A DNA stretch of 64,000 bases, from assembly GCA_964518565.1 (NCBI GenBank), contig CAZFGX010000001.1, positions 75,046-139,045 of the forward strand, given 5' to 3'. Below are positions 9,330 to 18,607 of this stretch, one piece after another. Source of the stretch: an uncultured Gammaproteobacteria bacterium. Its GTDB lineage: Bacteria > Patescibacteriota > Microgenomatia > CAZETR01 > Amesbacteraceae. The notes under the pieces are model-generated. The model was not told the origin of the DNA. It ran no database searches and worked only from the letters and a program-made list of their open reading frames with translations. The position numbers and the translations under genes are program-made. Within the stretch, counting starts at the first letter, position 1, and every line of letters starts with the position of its first letter.

Positions 9330-10112
9330 TTAATCATCGTTTCCGAAAAGACTAAAGGGCTTATTAGCTTTATAGCTTGCTCTCTGGCCGTTTTCTTTAT
9401 ATCCATACTCTATCCCATGTTCATTAAGAACCTCGTTCGAAAATTTATGGAAGTCAGCCGATACTCGAAAGTGGTCAGAATATACAGTTATATGCCAATA
9501 GTCTGGACCTAAACGAGAATCCGCCTCCTTTCTAGAACTACCTGTAGATTGACGCCAATATGTCGCAAGAGCCGAGTTTGCAACAAATTGGTAATTAGAC
9601 CTCTTAGACATCTCTAAACATCTTTTACAATAGTCGGGCTGCGAAACCCAATCATGATGATATTTTACTTGATTACCACATCTCGAATTTGCACAGTCTT
9701 TTTCAGACCATCCTTTACACTTAGAACAGTATTTGGGAATCGAATGTGCAGTATCGTGATACTTAATTTCCCCACCACAATTTGGACAATTAACATAACG
9801 AAACCCCTTACACTCATTACAATACTCCGGTACATTGTCCCATTTATCGTGGAATCGTAAATCTCTTTGACAATCAGGATTTTTACAAGTCTTAGTGCGC
9901 CAGCCTCGACAGTTATTGCAATACTCAGGTATTCGATCCCAAAAAACCTTATAAGACACCTCACCATAACAATCAGGATTTGCGCAATTTTTTGTACACA
10001 GCTCATTGCAGCTCCTGCAGTATTCCGGAATTTTGTTCCAGTCATACCGATAGCTAATATCGGTTCCACAGTGCTTACAACTCGTCGTACCCCAATAATC
10101 TTCCCGTGCCAT
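9330..10112 (-). CDS. Cysteine-rich protein with five tandem zinc-ribbon-like repeats and a non-repetitive C-terminal domain of about 90 aa. Unknown function.
   Basis: Repeats: CKHCGTDISYRYDWNKIPEYCRSC / CANPDCYGEVSYKVFWDRIPEYCNNC / CKNPDCQRDLRFHDKWDNVPEYCNEC / CPNCGGEIKYHDTAHSIPKYCSKC / CANSRCGNQVKYHHDWVSQPDYCKRC. A strong RBS (taggagga) lies upstream on the - strand. Confidence 0.6.
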   Translation of the reverse strand: MAREDYWGTTSCKHCGTDISYRYDWNKIPEYCRSCNELCTKNCANPDCYGEVSYKVFWDRIPEYCNNCRGWRTKTCKNPDCQRDLRFHDKWDNVPEYCNECKGFRYVNCPNCGGEIKYHDTAHSIPKYCSKCKGWSEKDCANSRCGNQVKYHHDWVSQPDYCKRCLEMSKRSNYQFVANSALATYWRQSTGSSRKEADSRLGPDYWHITVYSDHFRVSADFHKFSNEVLNEHGIEYGYKENGQRASYKANKPFSLFGNDD

Positions 10113-10215
10113 TTGTTAATCCTCCTACTAAATTCTGAACATGCTTGAGGGCATTATATACCCATATATCAGAAGACATAGCTACCAAGGCCAATTACTG
10201 ATATAATCAGCGTAT

Positions 10216-11322
10216 ATGGCCTCACGTAGTCAACCAGCTCGCACAGAATTTGCATCCGCATTGACCCAGCTCGCTCACGAGCGGGGATTGGATCCAGCCG
10301 TCGTTGTCGACACCATCAAACAAGCCATCGTTGCCGCCTTCAAAAAAGATCACCCTTCTATATATAGTGACCAAAATGTCTACGACGTAGATCTCAACTC
10401 TGCCAGTGGTGAAGCCCAAATTTTCGAAACCGAAGGTGTCCCTCAAGAACCCGTCGCCGAAGGTGAAATTGCTCCAGCTCCAGTAGCCAAGCCTGGTGCC
10501 AAACCTACAAATGTCACCCCTCCTGGTTTTGGCCGTATTGCCGCCCAGACCGCCAAACAAGTTATCCTACAAAAAATTCGCGAAGCCGAAAAATCAAACA
10601 TCGTTGCCGATTATGAAAAACGTCTCGGCCAACTCGTCAGTGGCATGATCATTCGTTTTGTTGGTGGCGAAACTATTATAGATCTGGGCAAAGCCGAAGC
10701 CGTTATGCCTCGCGAAGAACAAGTCTATAGTGAAAACTATCACCTCAATCAACGACTGACATTTTTAATCCACAGCATTCGTGACAGCGTCCGTGGTAAA
10801 GAAATCATTCTTTCTCGAGCCGATACTGGGTTGATTCGCGAACTCTTCCGCCGTGAAGTCCCTGAAGTAAACAGTGGTGCCGTCGAAATCCGCGCTATCG
10901 CTCGTGACGCTGGTTCACGCGCCAAGATCGCCGTCTATTCTCATCAATCTGGCGTCGACCCAGTCGGTTCTTGTGTGGGTCAAAAAGGTGTCCGCGTCCA
11001 AGCGGTCATCAGTGAACTCAATGGTGAAAAAATTGACATCATCCAATTCAGTGAAGACCCTGAAAAATTTGTCGCTGCAGCTCTGTCTCCTGCCACTGGT
11101 CTCACAGTAAAAATCAATACCAAAACCGAAATCGCTGAAGTCACCGCTCCTGCAGACCAGCTCTCTCTAGCCATTGGTCGCGAAGGCCAAAACGCCAAAC
11201 TCGCCGGCAAGCTGACTGGTTTCCACATCGATATCAAAAATGCTGCTGGTGATACACCAGCTGCTGCACCTACCTCCGAAGAGTCATCCACTCCTGATCA
11301 AACCAATCCGGCTGATCAATAA
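10216..11322 (+). CDS. nusA: Transcription termination/antitermination factor NusA.
   Basis: 368 aa with NusA N-terminal domain, S1 and tandem KH (GQNAKLAGKLTGFHIDIK). Followed by infB. Confidence 0.9.
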   Translation: MASRSQPARTEFASALTQLAHERGLDPAVVVDTIKQAIVAAFKKDHPSIYSDQNVYDVDLNSASGEAQIFETEGVPQEPVAEGEIAPAPVAKPGAKPTNVTPPGFGRIAAQTAKQVILQKIREAEKSNIVADYEKRLGQLVSGMIIRFVGGETIIDLGKAEAVMPREEQVYSENYHLNQRLTFLIHSIRDSVRGKEIILSRADTGLIRELFRREVPEVNSGAVEIRAIARDAGSRAKIAVYSHQSGVDPVGSCVGQKGVRVQAVISELNGEKIDIIQFSEDPEKFVAAALSPATGLTVKINTKTEIAEVTAPADQLSLAIGREGQNAKLAGKLTGFHIDIKNAAGDTPAAAPTSEESSTPDQTNPADQ

Positions 11323-11350
11323 AGAGCGTTAGTGTTTCGGATTTTCACCT

Positions 11351-12754
11351 ATGCTTCAAAACCGTCCGCCTATCATTGTCATTTTAGGTCATGTCGATCA
11401 TGGCAAAACTACCCTCCTGGATTATTTACGCAAATCAAACGTTGCCGCTCGTGAAGCCGGTGGTATTACCCAACACATTCGTTCGTTCCAGCTAACAGCC
11501 AACCAGTCTCAGACTCCTATCACTTTTATTGATACTCCAGGCCACGAAGCCTTTGCCGCCATGCGTTCACGTGGTAGTCAAATAGCCGATATCGCTATTT
11601 TAGTGGTTGCTGCTACTGATGGTGTCATGCCTCAGACCAAACAATCCATTGAATTCATTCGTTCAGCCAATATCCCATTCATCGTCGCCTTAAATAAATC
11701 CGATGTCCCAACAGCCGATCCGATCAAAGTCAAAACCCAGTTGGCCGAAATCAATGTCTTGGTTGAGGATTTTGGTGGCAACGTACCTTGTGTGTCTATA
11801 TCAGCTAAAACGGGCCAAGGCATTCCTGATCTTTTAGAACTCATCAATCTTCTTTCTGAAATGACTCCACCCCAAGCTGATCCTACTGCCACGGTTGAAG
11901 CAGTAGTGCTTGAAAGTCGACTCGATCCAAACAAGGGTCCTCTAGCAGTTGTCATCGTCAAGTCTGGCACTATGTCAGTCGGCCAGCAAATATTCCAAGC
12001 TTCAGAAATTGGTAAAGTACGAGCATTGATTGACCCAAATGGTCAGCAAATAAAATCCGCCGTACCTAGTATGCCAGTAGAAGTAATTGGGTTATCTATC
12101 GTCCCTGCCGTTGGCAGTCTGCTCTCAAATCAAGTGCTTACCGAAAAGCGGCCTGTCAAATCTGCCAAGGTTCAATCTGATGTTCCAAGTGAGGTCAGTC
12201 TGATTCTCAAATGTGATGTTGCTGGTTCTCTAGAAGCTATTTTAGCTTCATTGCCTAAGGAGGTTGCTGTATTAAGCTCCGGCACAGGTGAAGTTACAGA
12301 AAATGACGTTGATCTAGCCAAAAATGCTCCAGCGACAATTTTTGCTTTCAACACCAAGGTTCCTGCCTCCATTACCAAACTAGCCGAAATCAACAAGGTC
12401 AAAATAAAATCTTTCAAAATCATTTATGAACTTTTAGATAGCGCAAAAAATCTCTTGGCGCCAAAATTAATCGAAACTGTGTTAGGCAGGGCGGTCATTG
12501 CTGCCGAATTTGAAATCAATGGCGAAAAAGTTGCTGGCTGTCGCTGTACCGAAGGAGTTCTCTCTCGTGGTGATGTGTTAAAAATTATGCGTCAGGACAA
12601 ACTTATCACTACCGTCAAATTCAAGTCTCTCCAGTCTGGTAAATTGCAGGTAGAAAAAGTCAAAAGCGGCACCGAATTTGGCGCCAGTTTCAATCCTTCT
12701 GTTGATTTCAAACTACAGGATAGTATAATCGCAGTGCGCTATGACGAATCTTGA
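11351..12754 (+). CDS. infB: Translation initiation factor IF-2, short form of 467 aa (G domain plus C-terminal domains, no long N-terminal region).
   Basis: IIVILGHVDHGKTTLLD, DTPGHEAF and NKSD GTPase motifs. Position after nusA. Confidence 0.9.
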   Translation: MLQNRPPIIVILGHVDHGKTTLLDYLRKSNVAAREAGGITQHIRSFQLTANQSQTPITFIDTPGHEAFAAMRSRGSQIADIAILVVAATDGVMPQTKQSIEFIRSANIPFIVALNKSDVPTADPIKVKTQLAEINVLVEDFGGNVPCVSISAKTGQGIPDLLELINLLSEMTPPQADPTATVEAVVLESRLDPNKGPLAVVIVKSGTMSVGQQIFQASEIGKVRALIDPNGQQIKSAVPSMPVEVIGLSIVPAVGSLLSNQVLTEKRPVKSAKVQSDVPSEVSLILKCDVAGSLEAILASLPKEVAVLSSGTGEVTENDVDLAKNAPATIFAFNTKVPASITKLAEINKVKIKSFKIIYELLDSAKNLLAPKLIETVLGRAVIAAEFEINGEKVAGCRCTEGVLSRGDVLKIMRQDKLITTVKFKSLQSGKLQVEKVKSGTEFGASFNPSVDFKLQDSIIAVRYDES

Positions 12755-13655
12755 TATAAGTCATATTAAACCTCTTCTTGAATCAGCTAAGTCCGTTTCC
12801 ATCCTTCTGACCAAAAATCCTTCCTATGACGCAGTTGCCGCAGGTCTTGCATGTAAGTTAGCCCTGGACAATGCCGGCAAAATTACCCAAATCGCCTGCG
12901 AAACCCCCATGACTGTGGAGTTCAATCGACTCATTGGTGTAGATACCATCGACACCTCAGTGGGCAGTCGAAATTTGGTCATCTCGTTCCATGACCAGAC
13001 CGAATTTGTAGACAAGGTTAGTTACAATATCGACGAAGGCGAATTGCGTTTACTCATCACTCCTAAGTCTACTGCCCCAGATCTCGATCATCGTCGTCTA
13101 CGTTTTATCCCAGGCCGTAGTATTAGCGATCTGATCATCGTGATTGACGCCGACAGACTAGATCATCTGGGTCAAATCTATATCGGTGCCAAAGATGCCA
13201 TTTCCAAAGCCAAAATTATTTCCATCAACCATCGTCCTCCTGCCGATAGCTACACAACTCACCAAGTCTACGACCCACAATCTTCATCCTTATCCGAAAT
13301 CATGGCCAAATGTATCCAATCGCTAAATCTAAATCTGCATGCCGATGTCGCTACCAATTTGTTGGCAGGGTTGCAAAATCATACTCAAAATTTCCAAGCC
13401 CAGACCGTTTCCTCAGAGACATTTGAAGTCGCCGCTTTACTTCTCAAACGTGGTGCCAGTCGTCACAGTCCATTGTCAGCATCAGACTTTCCTGCCGGCT
13501 CAATCCCCAAGCAGCCTCTTCAGTCTACTCAACCTACCAACACCCCGACGCCTTCCGCAAATATCGGCTACGGCACCGATAGTAACGACCCGACCATCGA
13601 TACCCCAGCCGACTGGTACGAACCCAAAATCTATCGCGGCCCAATGCTACAATAA
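12741..13655 (+). CDS. DHH-family (NrnA-like) phosphoesterase homolog with degenerate catalytic motifs.
   Basis: Position (nusA-infB-X) and overall similarity to NrnA (ILLTKNPSYDAVAAGLACKLAL; IVIDADRLDHLG). The canonical DHH and GGGH motifs are not intact. Confidence 0.45.
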   Translation: MTNLDISHIKPLLESAKSVSILLTKNPSYDAVAAGLACKLALDNAGKITQIACETPMTVEFNRLIGVDTIDTSVGSRNLVISFHDQTEFVDKVSYNIDEGELRLLITPKSTAPDLDHRRLRFIPGRSISDLIIVIDADRLDHLGQIYIGAKDAISKAKIISINHRPPADSYTTHQVYDPQSSSLSEIMAKCIQSLNLNLHADVATNLLAGLQNHTQNFQAQTVSSETFEVAALLLKRGASRHSPLSASDFPAGSIPKQPLQSTQPTNTPTPSANIGYGTDSNDPTIDTPADWYEPKIYRGPMLQ

Positions 13656-13663
13656 ATATATCT

Positions 13664-13879
13664 ATGCGTTTGGCTCTCACATTTTTTCTCATTACTGCCG
13701 CCGTCTTTGGTCTCGTCAAGCTGATCCAGTATGTGACAAATACCACAGGCCGCAGTTGTGGTGGCTTGATAGGTGAGACTGGCGCGGCCAAATGTCCAGC
13801 TGGTTTTCGTTGTGATTATTCTCGAGTTAACTCTGGTAGTGGAGACGCTCCAGGGATTTGCACACTAGGTGTGCTATAA
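13664..13879 (+). CDS. Small secreted cysteine-rich peptide (71 aa; signal peptide plus 4 Cys).
   Basis: MRLALTFFLITAAVFGLVKL signal/TM segment followed by GRSCGG...CPAGFRCDY...GICTLGVL. Existence as a real gene is uncertain. Confidence 0.35.
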   Translation: MRLALTFFLITAAVFGLVKLIQYVTNTTGRSCGGLIGETGAAKCPAGFRCDYSRVNSGSGDAPGICTLGVL

Positions 13880-13974
13880 TACGACCACTAACCGCAGAGA
13901 ACTAACTAAGACCAGTTCTGAAGAAGTACTCGTCTTTGTCGAATCTCTGAATTTTTTAATGACTAAAAAAATCT

Positions 13975-14244
13975 ATGGCTCTCAAAGTTGATCACAAAAA
14001 AACAATTATTTCCGAGTTTGCTACCAACAAAACCGATACTGGATCTCCGGAAGTCCAAATCGCTCTGTTGACGGAAAAAATTACCAAACTGACCGAACAC
14101 TTAAAAGAACACAAAAAAGACAACCATTCTCGTCGCGGCCTCATTAGTATGCTCAGTAAACGCCGCCGCTTGTTGTCATATTTGCAAAAGAAAAACGTCA
14201 AACGTTATAATGAACTCACGAAAAAAGTAAATCTCTCCAAGTAA
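13975..14244 (+). CDS. rpsO: 30S ribosomal protein S15.
   Basis: 89 aa containing [32 protein letters not shown]. Immediately upstream of pnp. Confidence 0.9.
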   Translation: MALKVDHKKTIISEFATNKTDTGSPEVQIALLTEKITKLTEHLKEHKKDNHSRRGLISMLSKRRRLLSYLQKKNVKRYNELTKKVNLSK

Positions 14245-14259
14245 GAAAGAAAGAAGCAG

Positions 14260-16473
14260 ATGTCGAAAAATAATCGTGTAACAAAATCCTCAGAAATTGC
14301 CGGACGAACGCTCAGTTTTGAAGTCGGGCATTTTGCCCCTCGAGCAACGAGTTCCGTTTTGGCCAAATATGGTGACACTTCAGTTCTCGCCACGGTAGTT
14401 GTAGGCAACGAAGATCCCAAAAAGGATTACTTCCCATTATCTGTTGAATATCAAGAACGTCTCTATGCTGGTGGTCGTATCAAAGGTTCCCGTTGGGTCA
14501 AACGCGAAGGCAAGGGGACAGACGCCGAAGTTCTCTCTGGCCGCCTAACGGACCGATCTATCCGACCACTCTTTCCATCTGAATTCAAAAATGAAGTCCA
14601 AGTTGTCCTAACTGTTCTTTCGGTCGATAACGAAAACGATCCAGATATCCTAGCACTCAACGCGGCCTCAGCCGCAATCGCTATTTCTTCAGCTCCTTGG
14701 AATGGCCCTGTGGCTGCCACTCGAGTTGGTCTAGACGATCAAACTATTGTGATCAATCCAAAAAATGGCAAAAATCTCCAAAATCAATTAGATTTAGTCG
14801 TTGCTAGTTCTGAATCTTTGATTACCATGATCGAAGCTGGTGCCAAACAAGTTCCCGAAGACACCATGTCTTCAGCCTTAACCAACGGTTTCAATGCCAA
14901 CAAACAAATTATCGACTTGATCAACGAATTAGTTTCCGAAGTCGGTCACCAAAAAATCACCGTCGCCAAAAAAGACTACGACGCAAAACTACTCAAAAAA
15001 GTCCAGTCTGATGCCAAAAGTATCATCGACCAAGCCTTTGCCGACGCAGCTGACAAATCAGTCATTGACCGTGAACATGTCTACGAACAAGCCAAGTCTA
15101 CCTTAGCCGCTACCTACGAACCCGCTGAACAATCAGCAGCCAAAGACATTATCGACCAAATGTTTACTTCTACGTTCCGTGATCGAATTTTAGACAAAAA
15201 TATCCGTGCCGATGGTCGAAAACTGGATCAGATTCGTCCTCTTACTATCGAAGTGGATGTAATTCCTCGAGTTCACGGTTCGGCTGTCTTCCAACGTGGT
15301 GAAACTCAAGCCCTTACCATTACGACTCTTGGCGCCCCGTCTCTCTATCAATCTTTAGAATCAGCTGAAGGCGAAGACCAAAAACGCTACATGCATCATT
15401 ACAATTTCCCCCCCTTTAGTACTGGTGAAACCGGCCGTATGGGTGGTCCAGGTCGTCGAGAAGTCGGTCATGGTGCTTTGGCTGAAAGAGCTCTCCAACC
15501 AGTTATTCCTGCCGAAACCAATTTCCCCTATGCCATCCGCGTCGTTTCAGAAATCTTAAGTTCATACGGCTCTAGTTCTATGGCTAGTACTTGTGGTTCT
15601 ACACTTTCCCTGATGTCAGCAGGAGTCCCATTAGTTGCTCCTGTTGCTGGCATTTCCACTGGGCTTATCACCTCTGCTGACTATCCTAAAAAAACCGACA
15701 AATATTGTTTGCTTACCGATATCAACGGCGGAGAAGATCATTATGGCGATATGGATTTCAAAGTTGCTGGCACCGAAAAAGGCATTACTGCCATCCAGCT
15801 AGATGTCAAAGTCCCTGGTCTGACCCTAGAAATTTGTGAACAAACACTCAAAACCGCTCGAGTTGCTCGTATGGAAATTCTCCAAAAAATGCTAGCCGTC
15901 ATTAAAGAGCCTCGAGCCAGTATTTCTCAATATGCCCCTCAAATCAAAACTCTGACTATTCCTGTAGACAAAATCGGCGAACTCATTGGGCCTGGTGGCA
16001 AAAATATCAAAAAACTCATGGCCGACACTGAATCCATGGTGGATGTCCGCGACGACGGCTCGGTATTTATCACAGGCGTCAGTGCCGAAGGTGTAGCCAA
16101 GGCCATGACGTATATCGAAGGCTTAGGCAAAGAAGTCATGCCTGGTGAAATCTATGAAGGAACTGTCGTCAAGCTTCAACCATTTGGTGCCTTTGTAAAC
16201 ATTTTGCCTGGAAAAGACGGATTGGTTCACGTATCCCAAATGGCTCAGGGCTTTGTCTCCAGTCCCGAACAAATCGTCCAAGAAGGTCAGACAGTTCGAG
16301 TCTGGGTAGTCGAAATAGATAGTCAAGGCAGACTGAGTCTGAGTATGTTGTTTGACGAAGCCGGCCAACCTATACAAAAAGCTCGTGAATCTCAACCTCG
16401 TTCCGAAGGTCCTCGGTCAAATGATCGTGGTGGTCACTTCTCTGGGCCTCGTCCACGCCGCGATCGTCGATAG
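14260..16473 (+). CDS. pnp: Polynucleotide phosphorylase (PNPase).
   Basis: 737 aa with two RNase PH domains, KH and S1 domains. Canonical rpsO-pnp pair. Confidence 0.92.
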   Translation: MSKNNRVTKSSEIAGRTLSFEVGHFAPRATSSVLAKYGDTSVLATVVVGNEDPKKDYFPLSVEYQERLYAGGRIKGSRWVKREGKGTDAEVLSGRLTDRSIRPLFPSEFKNEVQVVLTVLSVDNENDPDILALNAASAAIAISSAPWNGPVAATRVGLDDQTIVINPKNGKNLQNQLDLVVASSESLITMIEAGAKQVPEDTMSSALTNGFNANKQIIDLINELVSEVGHQKITVAKKDYDAKLLKKVQSDAKSIIDQAFADAADKSVIDREHVYEQAKSTLAATYEPAEQSAAKDIIDQMFTSTFRDRILDKNIRADGRKLDQIRPLTIEVDVIPRVHGSAVFQRGETQALTITTLGAPSLYQSLESAEGEDQKRYMHHYNFPPFSTGETGRMGGPGRREVGHGALAERALQPVIPAETNFPYAIRVVSEILSSYGSSSMASTCGSTLSLMSAGVPLVAPVAGISTGLITSADYPKKTDKYCLLTDINGGEDHYGDMDFKVAGTEKGITAIQLDVKVPGLTLEICEQTLKTARVARMEILQKMLAVIKEPRASISQYAPQIKTLTIPVDKIGELIGPGGKNIKKLMADTESMVDVRDDGSVFITGVSAEGVAKAMTYIEGLGKEVMPGEIYEGTVVKLQPFGAFVNILPGKDGLVHVSQMAQGFVSSPEQIVQEGQTVRVWVVEIDSQGRLSLSMLFDEAGQPIQKARESQPRSEGPRSNDRGGHFSGPRPRRDRR

Positions 16474-16488
16474 TGTAAACTTGTAGTA

Positions 16489-17532
16489 ATGGATGACCAA
16501 CTTCCGCAAGAAATAAAAAAATTACAGGATCAACTCGCCACTGTAAACATCCCCGATGACCTGCGTACCAAAACCTCAGACATGCTCGCTCGCCTCAGTC
16601 GCCAAATTCAGCACGGCACCTACACGAGTGAATATGAACAAATCCAAGATTACATTAATTGGATTACTAATCTCCCTTGGAAAACCTCTACTCAAGATGC
16701 GTTAGATCTAAAACACGCCAAAGAAATTTTAGACTCCCATCATTATGGACTAGAAGATCTCAAAGAACGTATCTTGGAGTATTTGGCCATCTTAATTATG
16801 AATCAAAAAAATCACGGTGTGTATCGAGCTCCAATCTTACTCTTTGTTGGCTTGGTGGGTACCGGAAAAACCACCATGGCAGCAAGTTTGGCCGAAGCCT
16901 TAGGCAGAAAATTCGTCCGCATCCCATTTGGAGGTATGAGCTCAGCCTTAGATTTGCGCGGCCAATCGCGCATTCATCCAGAATCTGAGCCCGGTCAAAT
17001 CATCAAAGCTCTGCGTCGAGCAGGTGCCAATAACCCCGTCATCCTTTTGGATGAAATTGACCGCATTGCCCCAGCAGCCCAAGGAGAAATTATGGGTGTA
17101 TTGGTCGAATTACTCGACCCACAGCAAAACAATAGTTTTGTCGATCATTATCTAGATTATCCGTTTGATTTATCTCAGGCCATCTTTATTGGGACAGCCA
17201 ATCACACTGCCAATATCAGCGTCGCCGTTATGGATCGCTTAGAGCCAATCACCATGCCCAGTTATACCGACGTTGAAAAAACTCAAATCGCCCAAAAATA
17301 TGTCTTCCCTTCAGAGATTAAAAAAGCCGGCATGCCTCCAGAAACCATCACAATCGATGACTCTGTTTGGCCCAAACTGGTTCGTCCACTTGGTTTTGAT
17401 GCTGGTATTCGTACCCTTGAGCGCACTATTCAAGGCATGGTGCGAAAAATTGCCAAAATGGTCGTCGAAGGCAAGGGGAATACATTCCATATCACAGACG
17501 AAAATATCAAACAATTCTTGCCAACGTACTAA
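16489..17532 (+). CDS. Lon-derived AAA+ ATPase (Lon ATPase module only). Lacks the LAN N-domain and the C-terminal Ser-Lys protease domain.
   Basis: LPWKTSTQDALDLKHAKEILDSHHYGLEDLKERILEYLAI is a close match to the Lon NPW-HYGLE region. Walker A GLVGTGKTT, Walker B ILLDEID, sensor-2 region GIRTLER. The ORF ends at 17532 and the next gene starts there. Confidence 0.75.
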   Translation: MDDQLPQEIKKLQDQLATVNIPDDLRTKTSDMLARLSRQIQHGTYTSEYEQIQDYINWITNLPWKTSTQDALDLKHAKEILDSHHYGLEDLKERILEYLAILIMNQKNHGVYRAPILLFVGLVGTGKTTMAASLAEALGRKFVRIPFGGMSSALDLRGQSRIHPESEPGQIIKALRRAGANNPVILLDEIDRIAPAAQGEIMGVLVELLDPQQNNSFVDHYLDYPFDLSQAIFIGTANHTANISVAVMDRLEPITMPSYTDVEKTQIAQKYVFPSEIKKAGMPPETITIDDSVWPKLVRPLGFDAGIRTLERTIQGMVRKIAKMVVEGKGNTFHITDENIKQFLPTY

Positions 17533-18035
17533 TGAAAATTGCCGTAATCTCTGATATTCACGATCATCTAAAAGAACTCGACAAAGCGCTTCAGGTAATC
17601 AAACAGCAACAATGTGAATCTATGATATTTTGTGGCGATTTATGTTCTCCGTTTGTCGTGCCTCTGCTCTTGAGCGCCTCTCTACCAATCCATGGATGTT
17701 TTGGAAACAACGATGAAGATCAAGGCATGATCATCGAAAATTCCAAAAATAATATCAATTGGTGGCCCTTGGCCAAAGAATATGCTGAAGTAGAAAACGA
17801 CCACCAAAAAATTGCCTTTTGCCATTACCCAAAACTGGCAAAATTTTTAGCCAGCACAGAGCAATATGCTGCCGTGTTTCATGGTCACACACACGCGGCA
17901 TACCAAGAAAAAATCGGCAGCACTCTCCTGGCCAATCCTGGAGCTATCTGCGGCATCCAATCTGGTCGTCCTGGCCAAGCCTCGTTTGGCATATACGACA
18001 CAAACACCAACAAATTCACGCATATCTCAATATGA
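17532..18035 (+). CDS. Metallophosphoesterase (YfcE/MJ0936-like calcineurin-fold phosphoesterase).
   Basis: MKIAVISDIHDH, FCGDLCSP, GNND and GHTH motifs. Confidence 0.7.
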   Translation: MKIAVISDIHDHLKELDKALQVIKQQQCESMIFCGDLCSPFVVPLLLSASLPIHGCFGNNDEDQGMIIENSKNNINWWPLAKEYAEVENDHQKIAFCHYPKLAKFLASTEQYAAVFHGHTHAAYQEKIGSTLLANPGAICGIQSGRPGQASFGIYDTNTNKFTHISI

Positions 18036-18607
18036 CCACGTCCGAAAAAATACTCGAACTAGACAAAATTGCTGCCCAAATAACTGCGTTCAAAGATTTG
18101 GAAATTGCTCGCCAAGCTACCCATGCCGTTCCTGGTGAAGGTGATCCAAATGCCAAGATTCTTTTTATTGGAGAGGCGCCCGGATTTAACGAAGATCGCA
18201 CCGGCAGACCATTCGTCGGCCAAGCTGGAAAACTATTAGAAACCACCCTAAAACAAACACTCCATCTTGAGCGTCAACAAGTGTTTATTACGAACATTGT
18301 GAAATTTCGTCCTCCGGACAATCGTGATCCCTCTCCAGAAGAAATTGCCGTTTGTCAGTCTTGGCTGGATCAACAAATCCAAATTATTGACCCAAAAATC
18401 ATCGTTACATTAGGCAGATATAGTATGGCCAAATTTTTTACCGGAGTGCTGATTTCACGCATTCATGGACAACCAAAACAAATGGATAGTCGCTGGATTT
18501 TTCCTATGTATCATCCTGCTGCCGCCTTAAGAGCGCCCGAGGTGTTAAAATTGTTCCAACTAGATTTTGTTAAACTCAATCAGTTTATCCTAGATCAAAA
18601 AATATGA
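18032..18607 (+). CDS. Uracil-DNA glycosylase, family 4 (UDG superfamily).
   Basis: Internal start MTTSEKIL at 18032 (overlaps the MPP stop via ATGA). GEAPG motif (FIGEAPGFNEDRTGRPFVGQAG) and HPAA motif. The upstream part of track ORF 17819-18607 overlaps the MPP gene and is rejected. Confidence 0.75.
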   Translation: MTTSEKILELDKIAAQITAFKDLEIARQATHAVPGEGDPNAKILFIGEAPGFNEDRTGRPFVGQAGKLLETTLKQTLHLERQQVFITNIVKFRPPDNRDPSPEEIAVCQSWLDQQIQIIDPKIIVTLGRYSMAKFFTGVLISRIHGQPKQMDSRWIFPMYHPAAALRAPEVLKLFQLDFVKLNQFILDQKI

